In this document: piece after piece, positions 1 to 12,323 of the stretch
Position numbering within the stretch: position 1 is the first letter of the stretch
Layout: the number at the start of each line of letters is the position of its first letter
Origin: Myxococcota bacterium
GTDB taxonomy: Bacteria > Myxococcota_A > Polyangia > Nannocystales > Nannocystaceae
Assembly: GCA_039028615.1 (NCBI GenBank)
Contig: JBCCHT010000018.1
Span: 64,001 to 128,000 of the forward strand
Direction: 5' to 3'
DNA: 64,000 nt
Program-made: the position numbers and the translations under genes
Notes under the pieces: generated by a model
The model's database searches: none
What the model was told of the DNA's origin: nothing
Seen by the model: the letters and a program-made list of their open reading frames with translations, nothing else

Positions 1-183
1 CCCCCCATCGAAGCCCAAGTGCCCGCTCCCAGGTCTCCCCTTCTTCGCCCACAAGAAGAACTCAGGTTGCGGTCCCTAAGTCGAGCTTCGACGGTGCGTG
101 CCCCACAGGTCCTCAACGGTTCGCTCGCAAGAAGGAAACCGGGCCTCCGCCGAACGCCTCCCGTTCCGCGATCAGAGCACCCA

Positions 184-1077
184 TCACTCATTCACCCGAG
201 TCGCTCCACCTCGAGCCGCCGCCACCAACATCTTCTCCCGCCGCCTCCGCCTCCAAGCCCGCGCCCCCAAGATCCACCCCGGCATCACCAAAACCGCAAC
301 CGGCGACACCGCCCCCACAAACCGAATCACCCCCACCAACCCCCCAACCAACCACCCCCCCGCATCCTCGACCGCCCGCCCAATCCGACTCCCAGCCCCC
401 TCGGCCTCCGTCACGCTCACCCGACTCGGCGCCTCGACGACGAGCCCGATCGTAGCCATCGCCGCCCGCTGCTCCATGCCTCGCACTCGCGCATCGAGTC
501 GCTCGATCTCCGTCCGCACCAACACCAAGCGCCCCTCGACCTCCAGTACGTCCTCGACGGACTCGGCCGTCTCGAGGATCGCGAGCAAGCGCTCCTCGAG
601 CCCTCGCTGACTCCGTAGCCGCGCACCGAGATCGGCATGCTGCTCGGTGACGTCTTCTCCCGTGATGGTCTCCTGCAACAGCTCACCATGCTCACGCAGC
701 TGCGCGAGCACGTGCTGGAAGCGATCGGCGGGCACCCGCACGGAGGTATCGATGCGGTACACGTGCTCGCCCGCACCCTGGGTGTCGCTCGAGGCCACGA
801 AGCCACCGACCTGCTGGGCGAGCGCGGCGGCGGCTGTGGCTACGGCGCCCGGAGACTCGGCGCGAAGATGGAGGCTGGCGTTGCGAATGACGAGGCGCTC
901 GTTATCGGGCATGTCCTTGCCTTCGAGCTTTGCCTGTCGATCGTCGGACGCGAAGGTCGCCGCGTCGGCCTTGGTGGCTTCGGCCGTGGGGGTGGCGGCG
1001 ACGGCCTCGTCTTTGGCTTGCTGACCGCATGCCGTGAGCAAGGAGGCGACCAGGGCGATTTTCAGGGGAGCATGCAT
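184..1077 (-). CDS. DUF4349-like lipoprotein with C-terminal TM helix
   Basis: Lipobox LLTAC; 'LVIRNASLHL', 'VRVPADRF', 'EDVTEQHADLGARL', coiled coil and hydrophobic C-terminus match the DUF4349 pattern. Start taken at the second Met (1077). Confidence 0.8.
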   Translation of the reverse strand: MHAPLKIALVASLLTACGQQAKDEAVAATPTAEATKADAATFASDDRQAKLEGKDMPDNERLVIRNASLHLRAESPGAVATAAAALAQQVGGFVASSDTQGAGEHVYRIDTSVRVPADRFQHVLAQLREHGELLQETITGEDVTEQHADLGARLRSQRGLEERLLAILETAESVEDVLEVEGRLVLVRTEIERLDARVRGMEQRAAMATIGLVVEAPSRVSVTEAEGAGSRIGRAVEDAGGWLVGGLVGVIRFVGAVSPVAVLVMPGWILGARAWRRRRREKMLVAAARGGATRVNE

Positions 1078-1177
1078 GCTCCCAGCATGGCCAGCACCGC
1101 GCATGGGGAGGTCATGCCCGCATCATCCGACGGTCATGGTTTGGTCATCGAGCCAGGGTCGCTACACTGCGCCTCGA

Positions 1178-1783
1178 ATGTCGCCCAAGGTCCTCATCGT
1201 TCAGGGAACCACCGCCCACAAGAGCCGCCTGACTTCGGTGGCCACCATCGCTCGCGAGGCGGCGGAGGCGACGGGTGGCGACGTGCGGATCTGGGATCTG
1301 GTGGACTCTCCGCTGCCCGTGATGTCGCTGACGGATCCTCGCCAGCGCCGACAAGCGGAGGTGGTGGCGGTGCGCGAGGCGGCGGCAGAGGCCGATGGCT
1401 TCATCCTGATCACGCCCGAGTATCACGGGAACATGAGCGGGGCGCTGAAGAACTGGTTCGACTTCCTGTACCTGGAGCTGGCGGGCAAGTTCGCGGGAGT
1501 GCTGGCGGTGACGGGCGGCGGCAGCGGAGACATGTCGATCATGTCGGTGAAGAACAGCTTCAACTGGTGCCACGGGTTCACGCTGCCCTTTCACGCGGCG
1601 GCTCGACCCGACGACTTCGATGGCAACCAGCTGGTGAACCACCGGGTGATCGAGCGGGTGCGTCGAGTGAGCTCGGACGTGGTTCGCTACGCTCCGCTGA
1701 TTCGCGAGACCTTCGAGGGTGCGCGCACCGATGGCGACGACTGGCGCACGGGCGTGGCGGGGATGCACCCGAAGACGACGTAG
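1178..1783 (+). CDS. NADPH-dependent FMN reductase (flavodoxin-like fold)
   Basis: 'ADGFILITPEYHGNMSGALKNWFD' is the FMN_red family signature; ATG at 1178. Confidence 0.88.
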   Translation: MSPKVLIVQGTTAHKSRLTSVATIAREAAEATGGDVRIWDLVDSPLPVMSLTDPRQRRQAEVVAVREAAAEADGFILITPEYHGNMSGALKNWFDFLYLELAGKFAGVLAVTGGGSGDMSIMSVKNSFNWCHGFTLPFHAAARPDDFDGNQLVNHRVIERVRRVSSDVVRYAPLIRETFEGARTDGDDWRTGVAGMHPKTT

Positions 1784-1792
1784 CCCTTGGCG

Positions 1793-2689
1793 CTAGGCCG
1801 GGCGGGCTTCGTCGGCGATGAGCGACGACTGCAAAGCGTCGACCAGCGCTTGCACCCGGGCGCTGCGGTGCTTGGAGTGGGGGTAGACGGCGAAGAGCGG
1901 GAAGGCCCCCTGTACGTAGTCGGGCAGGACGCGCTCGAGGTCGGCGCCGAGCCGCAAGAATCGAGGGGCGACGCGGCCGATGCCCAAGCCCTGCGTGAGG
2001 GCATCGGCCATGGTGCGCGAGGAGTCGACCTCCAGGCGGGCATCGACGGGCACGACGTGCTCTCGACCATCGGCTCCGGTGAGGACCCACGAGGAGACGG
2101 GAGGCTCGCGAACGAAGGAGACGAGGTGGTGATCTCCCAGGTCCTGCGGGGTCTTCGGTTTGCCGTGTCGCTCGAGGTAGTCCTTGCTCGCGACGAGCAC
2201 GGAGCGCACTTCGAGGAGCTTGCGGGCGACCAAGGCACTATCGGGGATGGCACCGCCGACGAAGGCGACGTCGAGTCCGGCGGTAACCGGGTTGATGGAG
2301 CGCTCGTGGGTCCGTAGCAAGATCCGGAGCCCAGGATGCTCGGCCATGAGCGGGCGGGCGGCTCGAAGCACGTCTTGGGCCATGGCACTGATGACGCTGA
2401 CCCGGATGGTGCCGCTGAGCTGCTCTTGCTCGCGAGCCATGAGCTGCTCGGTGTCTTCGACTTCTTCCAAGATCCGTCGCGCACGAACGAGGAACACCCG
2501 CCCGGCTTCGGTGAGGCTCTGGCTTCGCGTGGAGCGATTGAGCAACTTGGTGGCGAGCCGTTCTTCGAGCGCGACGAGGCGGCGGCTGACGGTGTTGGCG
2601 GGCAGGCCCTGCGCTCGCGCGGCCCCGACGATGCTCCGCGACTCCACGATCTGGACGAAGACGCGAAGCTCCTCGAGGCTCTCGAGCAT
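1793..2689 (-). CDS. LysR-family transcriptional regulator
   Basis: N-terminal HTH 'SIVGAARAQGLPANTVSRRLVALEERL..LLNRSTRSQSLTEAG'; ~300 aa; divergent from an SDR gene. Confidence 0.92.
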   Translation of the reverse strand: MLESLEELRVFVQIVESRSIVGAARAQGLPANTVSRRLVALEERLATKLLNRSTRSQSLTEAGRVFLVRARRILEEVEDTEQLMAREQEQLSGTIRVSVISAMAQDVLRAARPLMAEHPGLRILLRTHERSINPVTAGLDVAFVGGAIPDSALVARKLLEVRSVLVASKDYLERHGKPKTPQDLGDHHLVSFVREPPVSSWVLTGADGREHVVPVDARLEVDSSRTMADALTQGLGIGRVAPRFLRLGADLERVLPDYVQGAFPLFAVYPHSKHRSARVQALVDALQSSLIADEARPA

Positions 2690-2935
2690 GGCGTCGATTA
2701 TCTCGAATTTTGGAGTTCTGATTCTCTAATTGCTCCTCTTTTTGGTTGAGTCGATCGGCGCTAGGTTGATGATGCGGCGCCGCTGGATAGGCGAACGACT
2801 CGCACTCAAATCGCTGAAATCACGAAGGTATGTCTCCTGTCGTCGTCGTCGGGTGGCAGTTCTTCGAGGGCTTTGGCCGGGGTAGCCGAGTTTCGCGTGA
2901 TGACCGCACGGCGCGGAGAATCAGGAGACGATCGA

Positions 2936-3913
2936 ATGTCGAGCAACGAAGGAAAGCGAATCTTCATCACCGGAGCCAATGGCGGGATCGGGGCGGCGAC
3001 GTGTCGGGCGTTGCTGCGGGAAGGGGCAGCGGAGGTGGTGATGGCCTGCCGGTCGGAGGCCAAGGGCGAGGCGGCACGCGAGCAGATCCTGGCGGAGACG
3101 GGCGCGGACCCGGAGCGCCTGACCGTGTACGGCGGCTTCGACATGCTGGATCCGGAGGCCATCCGGGCCGCGGTGGCGAAGCTTCCCAACGCACCCTTCG
3201 ACCGCGTGTTCTTGAGCGCGGGCGGGTGGGTGTACAGCGACGACTATCAGACGATGGTGTCACGCGGCGTGACGGTGGAAAAGACGGTCTTCATGAATGC
3301 GCTGGGCGGTCACGTGACGCTGGCGCAGTTGCTGAACCGAGGGTTGCTGACACCGTCCGCGCGCATCGTGGTGATGGGTGGTGAGGGCGGCCGCGGGGTC
3401 CCGGGCACGCCGCTGGTCAAGCCGGACTTCTCGGACGCGGCGGCATTCATCGCCTATGCGCACGGCGAGGGCAGCAATCGTCCCGCGTACGAGCCCCCGG
3501 TCGCGTTGGGAACGTCGAAGCTCTACGCATCGGTGTGGTCGCAGCGGCTCGCTCGCGAACTCGAGGGGCGCTTCGAGGTGGTGTGCATGAGCCCCGGCCT
3601 CACGGGAGCGACGGCGGGTACGGGCGGATTGCCGAAGTGGAAGGAGTTCGTGTTCCAGAAGATCGCGTTCCCGATCATGGTGTGGACCGGCAAGGCGCAG
3701 TGGCCCGACGCAGCGGGCCAAAAGTGTGCGGATGTGCTGTCGGGCAAGCTCGGCACCCATGGCGACATCTTGGGTGCACCCGAAGGCAAGGCGCTGGGAC
3801 CTCTGGTCGATCAAAAGCCGATGCAGGAGGCGTACACCAACGTCGCGTTCCAGGATGCGCTATGGGACCTGGCCACGCAGGCCGTGGGCCCTCTGGAAGC
3901 CCGCGCAGCGTGA
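2936..3913 (+). CDS. Short-chain dehydrogenase/reductase-like oxidoreductase
   Basis: 'IFITGANGGIG' Rossmann motif and 'VVMACRSEAKG'; RBS GGAG upstream of ATG 2936. The catalytic YxxxK appears as LGTSK (atypical). Confidence 0.8.
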   Translation: MSSNEGKRIFITGANGGIGAATCRALLREGAAEVVMACRSEAKGEAAREQILAETGADPERLTVYGGFDMLDPEAIRAAVAKLPNAPFDRVFLSAGGWVYSDDYQTMVSRGVTVEKTVFMNALGGHVTLAQLLNRGLLTPSARIVVMGGEGGRGVPGTPLVKPDFSDAAAFIAYAHGEGSNRPAYEPPVALGTSKLYASVWSQRLARELEGRFEVVCMSPGLTGATAGTGGLPKWKEFVFQKIAFPIMVWTGKAQWPDAAGQKCADVLSGKLGTHGDILGAPEGKALGPLVDQKPMQEAYTNVAFQDALWDLATQAVGPLEARAA

Positions 3914-3935
3914 GGGTCTCGGCGCGGGGCGGCCT

Positions 3936-5255
3936 TCAGTCGACGGGTCGACCGCTGGGCACGGAGGCCGGCGCGATGGTGGTGATGTCCCAGACGACGT
4001 CGGGATCGGAGGTCGACTCGAGGAACTGCACGATGTCGGCGATCTCTTCGCGACTGAGGTTGATCGGCGACTGAGCGATCGGATCGGCGGTCTGCTCGAT
4101 CTCGGCGAAGAGCTCCTCTTGGGAGACGAGCAGCTGCTGGAAGCGCGGCTCGAGGTCTTCACCCGTGTACGTCCGCATCTGGGTGCAGGGGTCGATGTGA
4201 TACTCGACCAGCTCTTCGAGCGAGCGGTGCGTGCCCGCGTGGAAGTAGGGCGCGGTGAAGCTGACGCCACGCAGCGGCGGCGTTCGGAAGGCATAGCGCT
4301 CGCTGGCGAGGCCGGTGTAGCCCCCGCGGCCCCAGTCGAGGCCGGTGCCGACCTGAGGGGTGCACACGTTGTGGAAGTCCTGGTCGGTCATCAGCGTGCC
4401 GGAGTGGCACTCGCCGCAGCGTGCGTCGCCGTAGAACAAGATGCCGCCGCGCTTGGCCGCGTCGACGAGCGCCCCGTCCTCACCTTCGATGAAGCGGTCC
4501 CACTGGCTGTTGGGCAGCGAGAAGGCGCCGACCTGATAGGCGGAGATGGCCAGGGCGGCGTGCTCGAAGCCCAGCTCCGCCCGCGGGACGTCGGGGAAGG
4601 CATCGGCGAACAGCGCGACGTACTCGTCGATCGCGAGCAGCCGGGCCATCACCGCCTCCCAGATCACGGGCAGCGCGTTGTCGTCGTTGTTGGCGTGGCT
4701 GTTGGTGGTGCCGTCGACGTCGACGTCGCCCGGGTAGCCGCGCATGGTGTCGCGGTGGGCGATCTGGGTCATGACCTGAGCGGCGAGCAGGTCGTCGCCG
4801 ATCGCGGTGGGCATGGTGACGCCGTCGGGCAGAGGCCAGGGCTCGCCGAGCTCGATGCGGCCGTCCCAGAACAAGGTCTCCCATCCGTCGGCACCGCGGT
4901 CGAACAGGTCGGGCGCGTTGCGAAGCAGGTAGTTGCCCGAGCCGAGCTGACGGTCGGTGCCGACTCCGACACCACCCGTGCCGATGGACAGCGACAGGCC
5001 GTCACCCGTGCGCGAGGCGGGGTGATGACAGGTGCCGCACGAGACGTCGCGGTTGCCCGACAGCTCTTTGTCGTAAAAGAGCGCCTCGCCGAGTGCCACG
5101 AGGTCTTCGTCGGGTCGGCGACCGTGGTCGAGCGGCTCGATCCTCTGCTCTGCGATCGCGTCGCGCAGCTGATCGGTGAGACTGCCTTGGCAGGCTCCCG
5201 TCAGTCCGATTGTCCCGATGAGCGCGATTTCGCGCAGTCGATGATTCCGCCTCAT
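3936..5255 (-). CDS. Di-heme cytochrome c peroxidase/MauG-family lipoprotein
   Basis: Two heme motifs CGTCH and CGECH; 'LGEALFYDKELSGN', 'FRTPPLR', 'PYFHAG'; lipobox LTGAC. Confidence 0.88.
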   Translation of the reverse strand: MRRNHRLREIALIGTIGLTGACQGSLTDQLRDAIAEQRIEPLDHGRRPDEDLVALGEALFYDKELSGNRDVSCGTCHHPASRTGDGLSLSIGTGGVGVGTDRQLGSGNYLLRNAPDLFDRGADGWETLFWDGRIELGEPWPLPDGVTMPTAIGDDLLAAQVMTQIAHRDTMRGYPGDVDVDGTTNSHANNDDNALPVIWEAVMARLLAIDEYVALFADAFPDVPRAELGFEHAALAISAYQVGAFSLPNSQWDRFIEGEDGALVDAAKRGGILFYGDARCGECHSGTLMTDQDFHNVCTPQVGTGLDWGRGGYTGLASERYAFRTPPLRGVSFTAPYFHAGTHRSLEELVEYHIDPCTQMRTYTGEDLEPRFQQLLVSQEELFAEIEQTADPIAQSPINLSREEIADIVQFLESTSDPDVVWDITTIAPASVPSGRPVD

Positions 5256-5425
5256 CGCCGTTGTGGGTCCCCTTCGGTCCAGCGGCCGATGATAGCGGGT
5301 TTAATGCAGGGGGCCACGCTTTGTTGCGAGCACGATGGATGAGTTTGCTGCGCGCCCCGGTCGCGCGAGGTCGATATTTCGGCGCTTTCGCACGACGGAT
5401 TCGTGCGCTCACGCGGCGGCCCGTG

Positions 5426-5944
5426 TCAGTAGTCGGTGGAGCGAAGTGTGGCGTCGTAGCGCGAGACGAAGTTTCCTTCGCTGGTCTCGGCCGTGGCGGT
5501 GATCACCACCGGCATGCCGTCGAGGCCGGCGAGGGTCACCGAGCTGTCGAAGCCCACCGGTAGGTTGTCGACCACCAAGACCTCCTCCTCGGTACATTGA
5601 AGCGGCAGGCCTTCGCCGAAAAAACGCACGGTGGCGAGTGTGTCGCCGCTGCCGTCGGACTCGATGGTGACCCATAGTGCATCGAGCTCGGAGGCGGCCA
5701 TGTCTTCGATGGTGACGTCGAACTCGGTGAAGACACCGCCCTGGGGCGGCGGGAACACCTCGACGTCGTCGCCGTCGACGAGCGGGGCCTCACCGTCACG
5801 GTTGGCGAGCGCGAGCACGGGGTCGCCATCGCCCGCGCAGGGCTCGGGCTCGGGTTCGGGGTCGGGGCATGCGCCCACCAGGAGCAACGCGGCGACGAGC
5901 GACAGGCGGGTACGGAGGGCGGCGCTGGAGTTCGACCGTTGCAT
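5426..5944 (-). CDS. Hypothetical acidic lipoprotein
   Basis: Signal peptide with LVGAC lipobox followed by a PEPEPEP linker; its ATG overlaps the upstream stop (TGATG at 5942-5946). Confidence 0.7.
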   Translation of the reverse strand: MQRSNSSAALRTRLSLVAALLLVGACPDPEPEPEPCAGDGDPVLALANRDGEAPLVDGDDVEVFPPPQGGVFTEFDVTIEDMAASELDALWVTIESDGSGDTLATVRFFGEGLPLQCTEEEVLVVDNLPVGFDSSVTLAGLDGMPVVITATAETSEGNFVSRYDATLRSTDY

Positions 5945-7473
5945 CAGCGTGGAGGCCCCGTGACGACGAGGCGCCCCGAGACGAGTGACTGTCGCACGAA
6001 GTCGAGCACGGCGGCATGGACTTGGGCCGGTTCGGTTTTGCACGCGGCGGCGTAGCGCTCGACGACATGGGCGATCGGGCTCGGGGTGCGCAACAGGTCC
6101 ACGAGCACGGCGGCGGCTTCGCTCAAGATCTCGTCGCCGCCGCGCCCGGGCGGCAGCCGCAGCTTGATGCGGGCCTGCTCGCCTTGACCCGCGTGCTCGT
6201 GCACGAGCCACGTGTCCGGGGGCAATCCGACGGTGCGACCGAGCAGGTGCTCGTCGGGCTCGGAGGCGATCACCATCGACAGCCAGGTAGAGTCGATGGC
6301 ATCGGCGTCGACGCGCTCGAGCTTGTCCTGCTCGATGGTCACGGAGAGGCCGGGCGCGCCCGAGACCTTGCCGAGCACGACGAGCGCGTACTCGGTGCGT
6401 TCGATGCCCTGGGCCTGCAGGTGATCGCGGTAGGCCTGGGCATCGCGGGCGTAGGCGTCGTCGAGGGCGGGGTGGTGACTGGCGGCCGAGCCGAGGGCGA
6501 GGATGTTGGGTGAGCTGCCGCGCGCGACGAAGAGCAGCTGGGCGATCTCGCTGCTGCCGTGCGCACCCTGGACGCGCTGCCACAGAGGAGACTCGGGTCG
6601 CGTGGCGCTTTCGAAGATCAGCCGGGCCTCGCCCGCGGGGGCCAGGATGCCGGGGAGCTCGCCGATGAGCCGCATCGCGACCTCGTCCCCCATCGCTCCG
6701 CCGTGCAGGTAGGTCGCGGTCTTCACTTCGGGCGGCGCGACGACGAAGGGGGGCTGCGAGACGACCAGGTCGAACTGGCGATCCTTCACGGGCACGGTGA
6801 GGTCACCCGTGTGCAGCTCGATGGGCAGCTCGTTGAGCGCGGCGTTGAAGCGGCTCCACGCGGCGGCGCGCGGGAGGACGTCGACGCCGACGGCTTCCTT
6901 GGCCCCGCGCGAGGCGGCGATGAGCGCCAGCGTGCCCGCGCCGCAGCCGACGTCGAGTACCCGCCCGGGGTTTTCGGGAATCGCTCGCGCCAACGCGATG
7001 GTGGTGGGACCGGGGCCCATCACCGGATCTTCGTCGCGACGGTGCAGCTCGTCCGAGCCGATCCACAGTCCGGCGATCGGACACAGGCGCATGTTGCCTC
7101 GCCACCCGCCGTCGACCTGCCGCAGCATGCCGTACTCGCGAAGGCGACCGATCAACGCCTCGGGGAAGACCATCGCCAGCATCGAGCCGTCGACGTCGTC
7201 GCCGTACAGAAACAAGCGGGCGAGCAAGGCGGCGGGTCGTTCGAGTCGACGCAGCGACCACTGCACCATCGGGTTGCGTACCGCGGGCAGCATGTGCGGG
7301 GCGACGCGCTCGCAGTCGCGGTAGAAGTCGTCGTCGAAGGACGAACCCTTGAGCACGGTTCGAAGGCCCATGAGCAGGGCCTTGTCGTCTGCGGCGAGAT
7401 CGGGTCGGGCGGTGGCCACCGACATGCGCGCAAGGGTAGCGCGACGGACGGATCGCTCCTCGTCGTCGAGCAC
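5944..7473 (-). CDS. Class I SAM-dependent methyltransferase (HemK/PrmC-like) with C-terminal winged-helix-like domain
   Basis: 'VLDVGCGAG' SAM motif and 'FDLVVSQPPF' (NPPF variant). Start is uncertain (7473 or 7425). Confidence 0.8.
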   Translation of the reverse strand: MLDDEERSVRRATLARMSVATARPDLAADDKALLMGLRTVLKGSSFDDDFYRDCERVAPHMLPAVRNPMVQWSLRRLERPAALLARLFLYGDDVDGSMLAMVFPEALIGRLREYGMLRQVDGGWRGNMRLCPIAGLWIGSDELHRRDEDPVMGPGPTTIALARAIPENPGRVLDVGCGAGTLALIAASRGAKEAVGVDVLPRAAAWSRFNAALNELPIELHTGDLTVPVKDRQFDLVVSQPPFVVAPPEVKTATYLHGGAMGDEVAMRLIGELPGILAPAGEARLIFESATRPESPLWQRVQGAHGSSEIAQLLFVARGSSPNILALGSAASHHPALDDAYARDAQAYRDHLQAQGIERTEYALVVLGKVSGAPGLSVTIEQDKLERVDADAIDSTWLSMVIASEPDEHLLGRTVGLPPDTWLVHEHAGQGEQARIKLRLPPGRGGDEILSEAAAVLVDLLRTPSPIAHVVERYAAACKTEPAQVHAAVLDFVRQSLVSGRLVVTGPPR

Positions 7474-7721
7474 CCGACCTTCGAAAACATCGAAGCCGAG
7501 TCCCAGGGGAGGGGGACTCGGCTTCGGCTTTCAGATCGGAGGGGACGGGGTCAGGGATGACGGAAGAAGGGACGTCTTCCGCTCGGATAGACGAACCGGG
7601 CCCGGCGAGGCTTCATTCCGGGGGCGACGAAATTTCTTTGCGGAGCCGTCGCGAACGGCGCAGGCCGGCCTTGGGGCGGGCCACTGCCTCTGAAGCGCCC
7701 TCGGGCGCGGTCTCGAGGCGA

Positions 7722-8969
7722 TCAGCCGAGCAGGGCGTAGCCCAGGCCCGCAGCCACGATCAGCGCAACTCCCGCCCAAACCCAGGTCGAGGGCGGGACG
7801 CCGCCGCGCTGCGCGATCACCGAGCTCCCGGCCGTCACCGGGCTGGTCCCCGTGGTCGAGGACAACGAGGCGCCGGTCTGGCTGCCGTCGGCCGCGATCT
7901 CGGTGGGCCCGGTCTCGCCCAGCGCCCGTCGCTTGGCCTCGCGCAGGGTCTCGCCGAACTCGGCCATGGTGCCGTAGCGATCGTCGGCGTCCTTGCGCAG
8001 CGCCTTCAAGATCACGTCGTCGAGCCACTTGGGCAGCTCGGCCGCGACCGGAGCGACTTCGCTCGGCGGCGTGGGGTCGTCGTTGAGCTGCTTGTAGATG
8101 ACGTCGTACTCGTTGGCGCCTTCGAAGGGCGGCCGACCCGTGAGCAACGCGTACGCACTCGCGCCGAGCGAGTACACGTCGGCGCGGTGATCGACGTGCT
8201 TGCCCATGGCCTGCTCGGGCGCCATGAAGTCGGGCGTGCCCATCACCACCCCGGTCTGGGTGACGATGCTGTCCTGCGGGTTGGCGAGGCGGGCGATGCC
8301 GAAGTCGAGGATCTTGATGAAGTCCGGATCCTTGTGATTGTCGACCCGGAAGAAGTTCGCCGGCTTGACGTCGCGATGGATGATTCCCGCGTCGTGGGCG
8401 GCCTGGAGCGCTTCGCAGAGCTGTTCCACGATGTGGACGACGCGGCGCCAGGGCAGGAACTTCTCGCGCTTGAGCCACGAGGAAAGATCCTCGCCCTCGA
8501 GGTTCTCCATGACCAGGAACACCGAGCCGGTGTCGGTGGTGCCGAAGTCGGTGACGTCGACGATGTGCTTGGAGCCGATGGAGGTGGCGGAGCGAGCCTC
8601 GCGACGGAAGCGGCGGACGGCCTCGGGGAGGCGGCACAGCGACGGACGCAGCACCTTGATCGCGACGCGCTTGCCGATCTCGATGTGCTCGGCGATGAAC
8701 ACCCAACCCATCGCGCCTTCGCCGATGCGGTTGAGCAGCTTGTAGCGATCGGCGAGCACGGAGCCGATCAGCATGTCGGCCATCGACAGGCTCGCGCTCT
8801 TGGACGACCCCGAGCTGCTCGGGATGTTTCCCGGTTGCTTGGGGGCCTTCGCGGAGGCCTTGGACGCCACGGGACTGCCACCGATGACTCGACCCTCTCG
8901 CCGTCCGGCGGGAGGGGAGCGCTGGGGCAGGTCGTCGTCGGGGGCGTTCGGCGGCGTGGTGTCCGTCAT
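7722..8969 (-). CDS. Membrane-anchored Ser/Thr protein kinase
   Basis: [31 protein letters not shown] motifs; C-terminal TM segment. Confidence 0.93.
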   Translation of the reverse strand: MTDTTPPNAPDDDLPQRSPPAGRREGRVIGGSPVASKASAKAPKQPGNIPSSSGSSKSASLSMADMLIGSVLADRYKLLNRIGEGAMGWVFIAEHIEIGKRVAIKVLRPSLCRLPEAVRRFRREARSATSIGSKHIVDVTDFGTTDTGSVFLVMENLEGEDLSSWLKREKFLPWRRVVHIVEQLCEALQAAHDAGIIHRDVKPANFFRVDNHKDPDFIKILDFGIARLANPQDSIVTQTGVVMGTPDFMAPEQAMGKHVDHRADVYSLGASAYALLTGRPPFEGANEYDVIYKQLNDDPTPPSEVAPVAAELPKWLDDVILKALRKDADDRYGTMAEFGETLREAKRRALGETGPTEIAADGSQTGASLSSTTGTSPVTAGSSVIAQRGGVPPSTWVWAGVALIVAAGLGYALLG

Positions 8970-9112
8970 CGGAACCCGTGTTCTCGTATCACGCTTCGGA
9001 GCCAATCTCCATGGCTGGGACGCCGTCCCGCCCACCCTGGGGACCAGGGCGTGGTAGCGTCCGGCCGGTTTCGAACCGCACATGGCGCGCCCACGCGCAT
9101 GGAGAGCGAACG

Positions 9113-9598
9113 ATGACGATCAAGGTTGGAGACAAGATTCCCGACGCGACCCTCAAGCAGCTGAGCGCCACCGGCCTGGGCGAGGTCAACACGACCTCGT
9201 TCTTTGCCGGACGGACGATCGTGCTGTTTTCGGTGCCGGGTGCATTCACCCCCACGTGCTCCAAGGAGCACCTGCCCGGCTTCGTCTCGCAGGCCGATGA
9301 CATCAAGTCCAAAGGCGTCGACGAGATCGCCTGCCTGGCCGTCAACGATCCCTTCGTGATGGCCTCGTGGGCCGCAGAGCAGGGCGCCGACGGCAAGGTC
9401 ACGATGCTTCCCGATTGGGACGGTGCCTTCACCAAGGCGATGGGCCTCGATCAGGACATCTCCGTCGCGGGCCTCGGCGTTCGTGGCAAGCGCTTCTCGA
9501 TGCGAGTCAAGGACGGCGTCGTCGAGACGCTCGACATCGAAGAGGGCAAGGGCGTGACCGTCAGCGGCGCCGCGCACTGCCTGACGAACCTCGCCTGA
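9113..9598 (+). CDS. Peroxiredoxin (Prx5 type)
   Basis: 'PGAFTPTCSKEHLPGF', 'VNDPFVM'; RBS GGAG upstream of ATG 9113. Confidence 0.93.
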   Translation: MTIKVGDKIPDATLKQLSATGLGEVNTTSFFAGRTIVLFSVPGAFTPTCSKEHLPGFVSQADDIKSKGVDEIACLAVNDPFVMASWAAEQGADGKVTMLPDWDGAFTKAMGLDQDISVAGLGVRGKRFSMRVKDGVVETLDIEEGKGVTVSGAAHCLTNLA

Positions 9599-9612
9599 AA
9601 CGGCCACATCTC

Positions 9613-9678
9613 GGTCGTGGTGGTGAACACCACGACCTCGGACGACCCGCGGAGCGCCCCCGGTGCCCGCGGGTTTTT
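9613..9678 (+). terminator. Double hairpin ending in a Rho-independent terminator
   Basis: GGTCGTGGTG-gtgaa-CACCACGACC (9613-9637), then ACCCGCGG...CCGCGGGT followed by TTTT. Confidence 0.7.
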
Positions 9679-9787
9679 CGTGCCCGGATCACGCAACGGG
9701 GCGAAAAACGGGCCCCTGGCGGGGGGCCCCTGCCCGGGCCCTTGGCGCGGGAGCCGAAGGCGTCGGGCGTGCTACCGTCCTCGCCCC

Positions 9788-12274
<2,487 letters not shown>

Positions 12275-12323
12275 CGATGTCGCGCGTGCGCGCGCCTCGG
12301 CCCCAATCTTCTATAGTCCAGCC

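Noticed and set aside
9599..9787. SRP RNA (ffs), which often precedes dnaX
   Set aside because: No conserved domain IV (CAGG..GNAA..AGCAG) seen; the hairpins fit a terminator.
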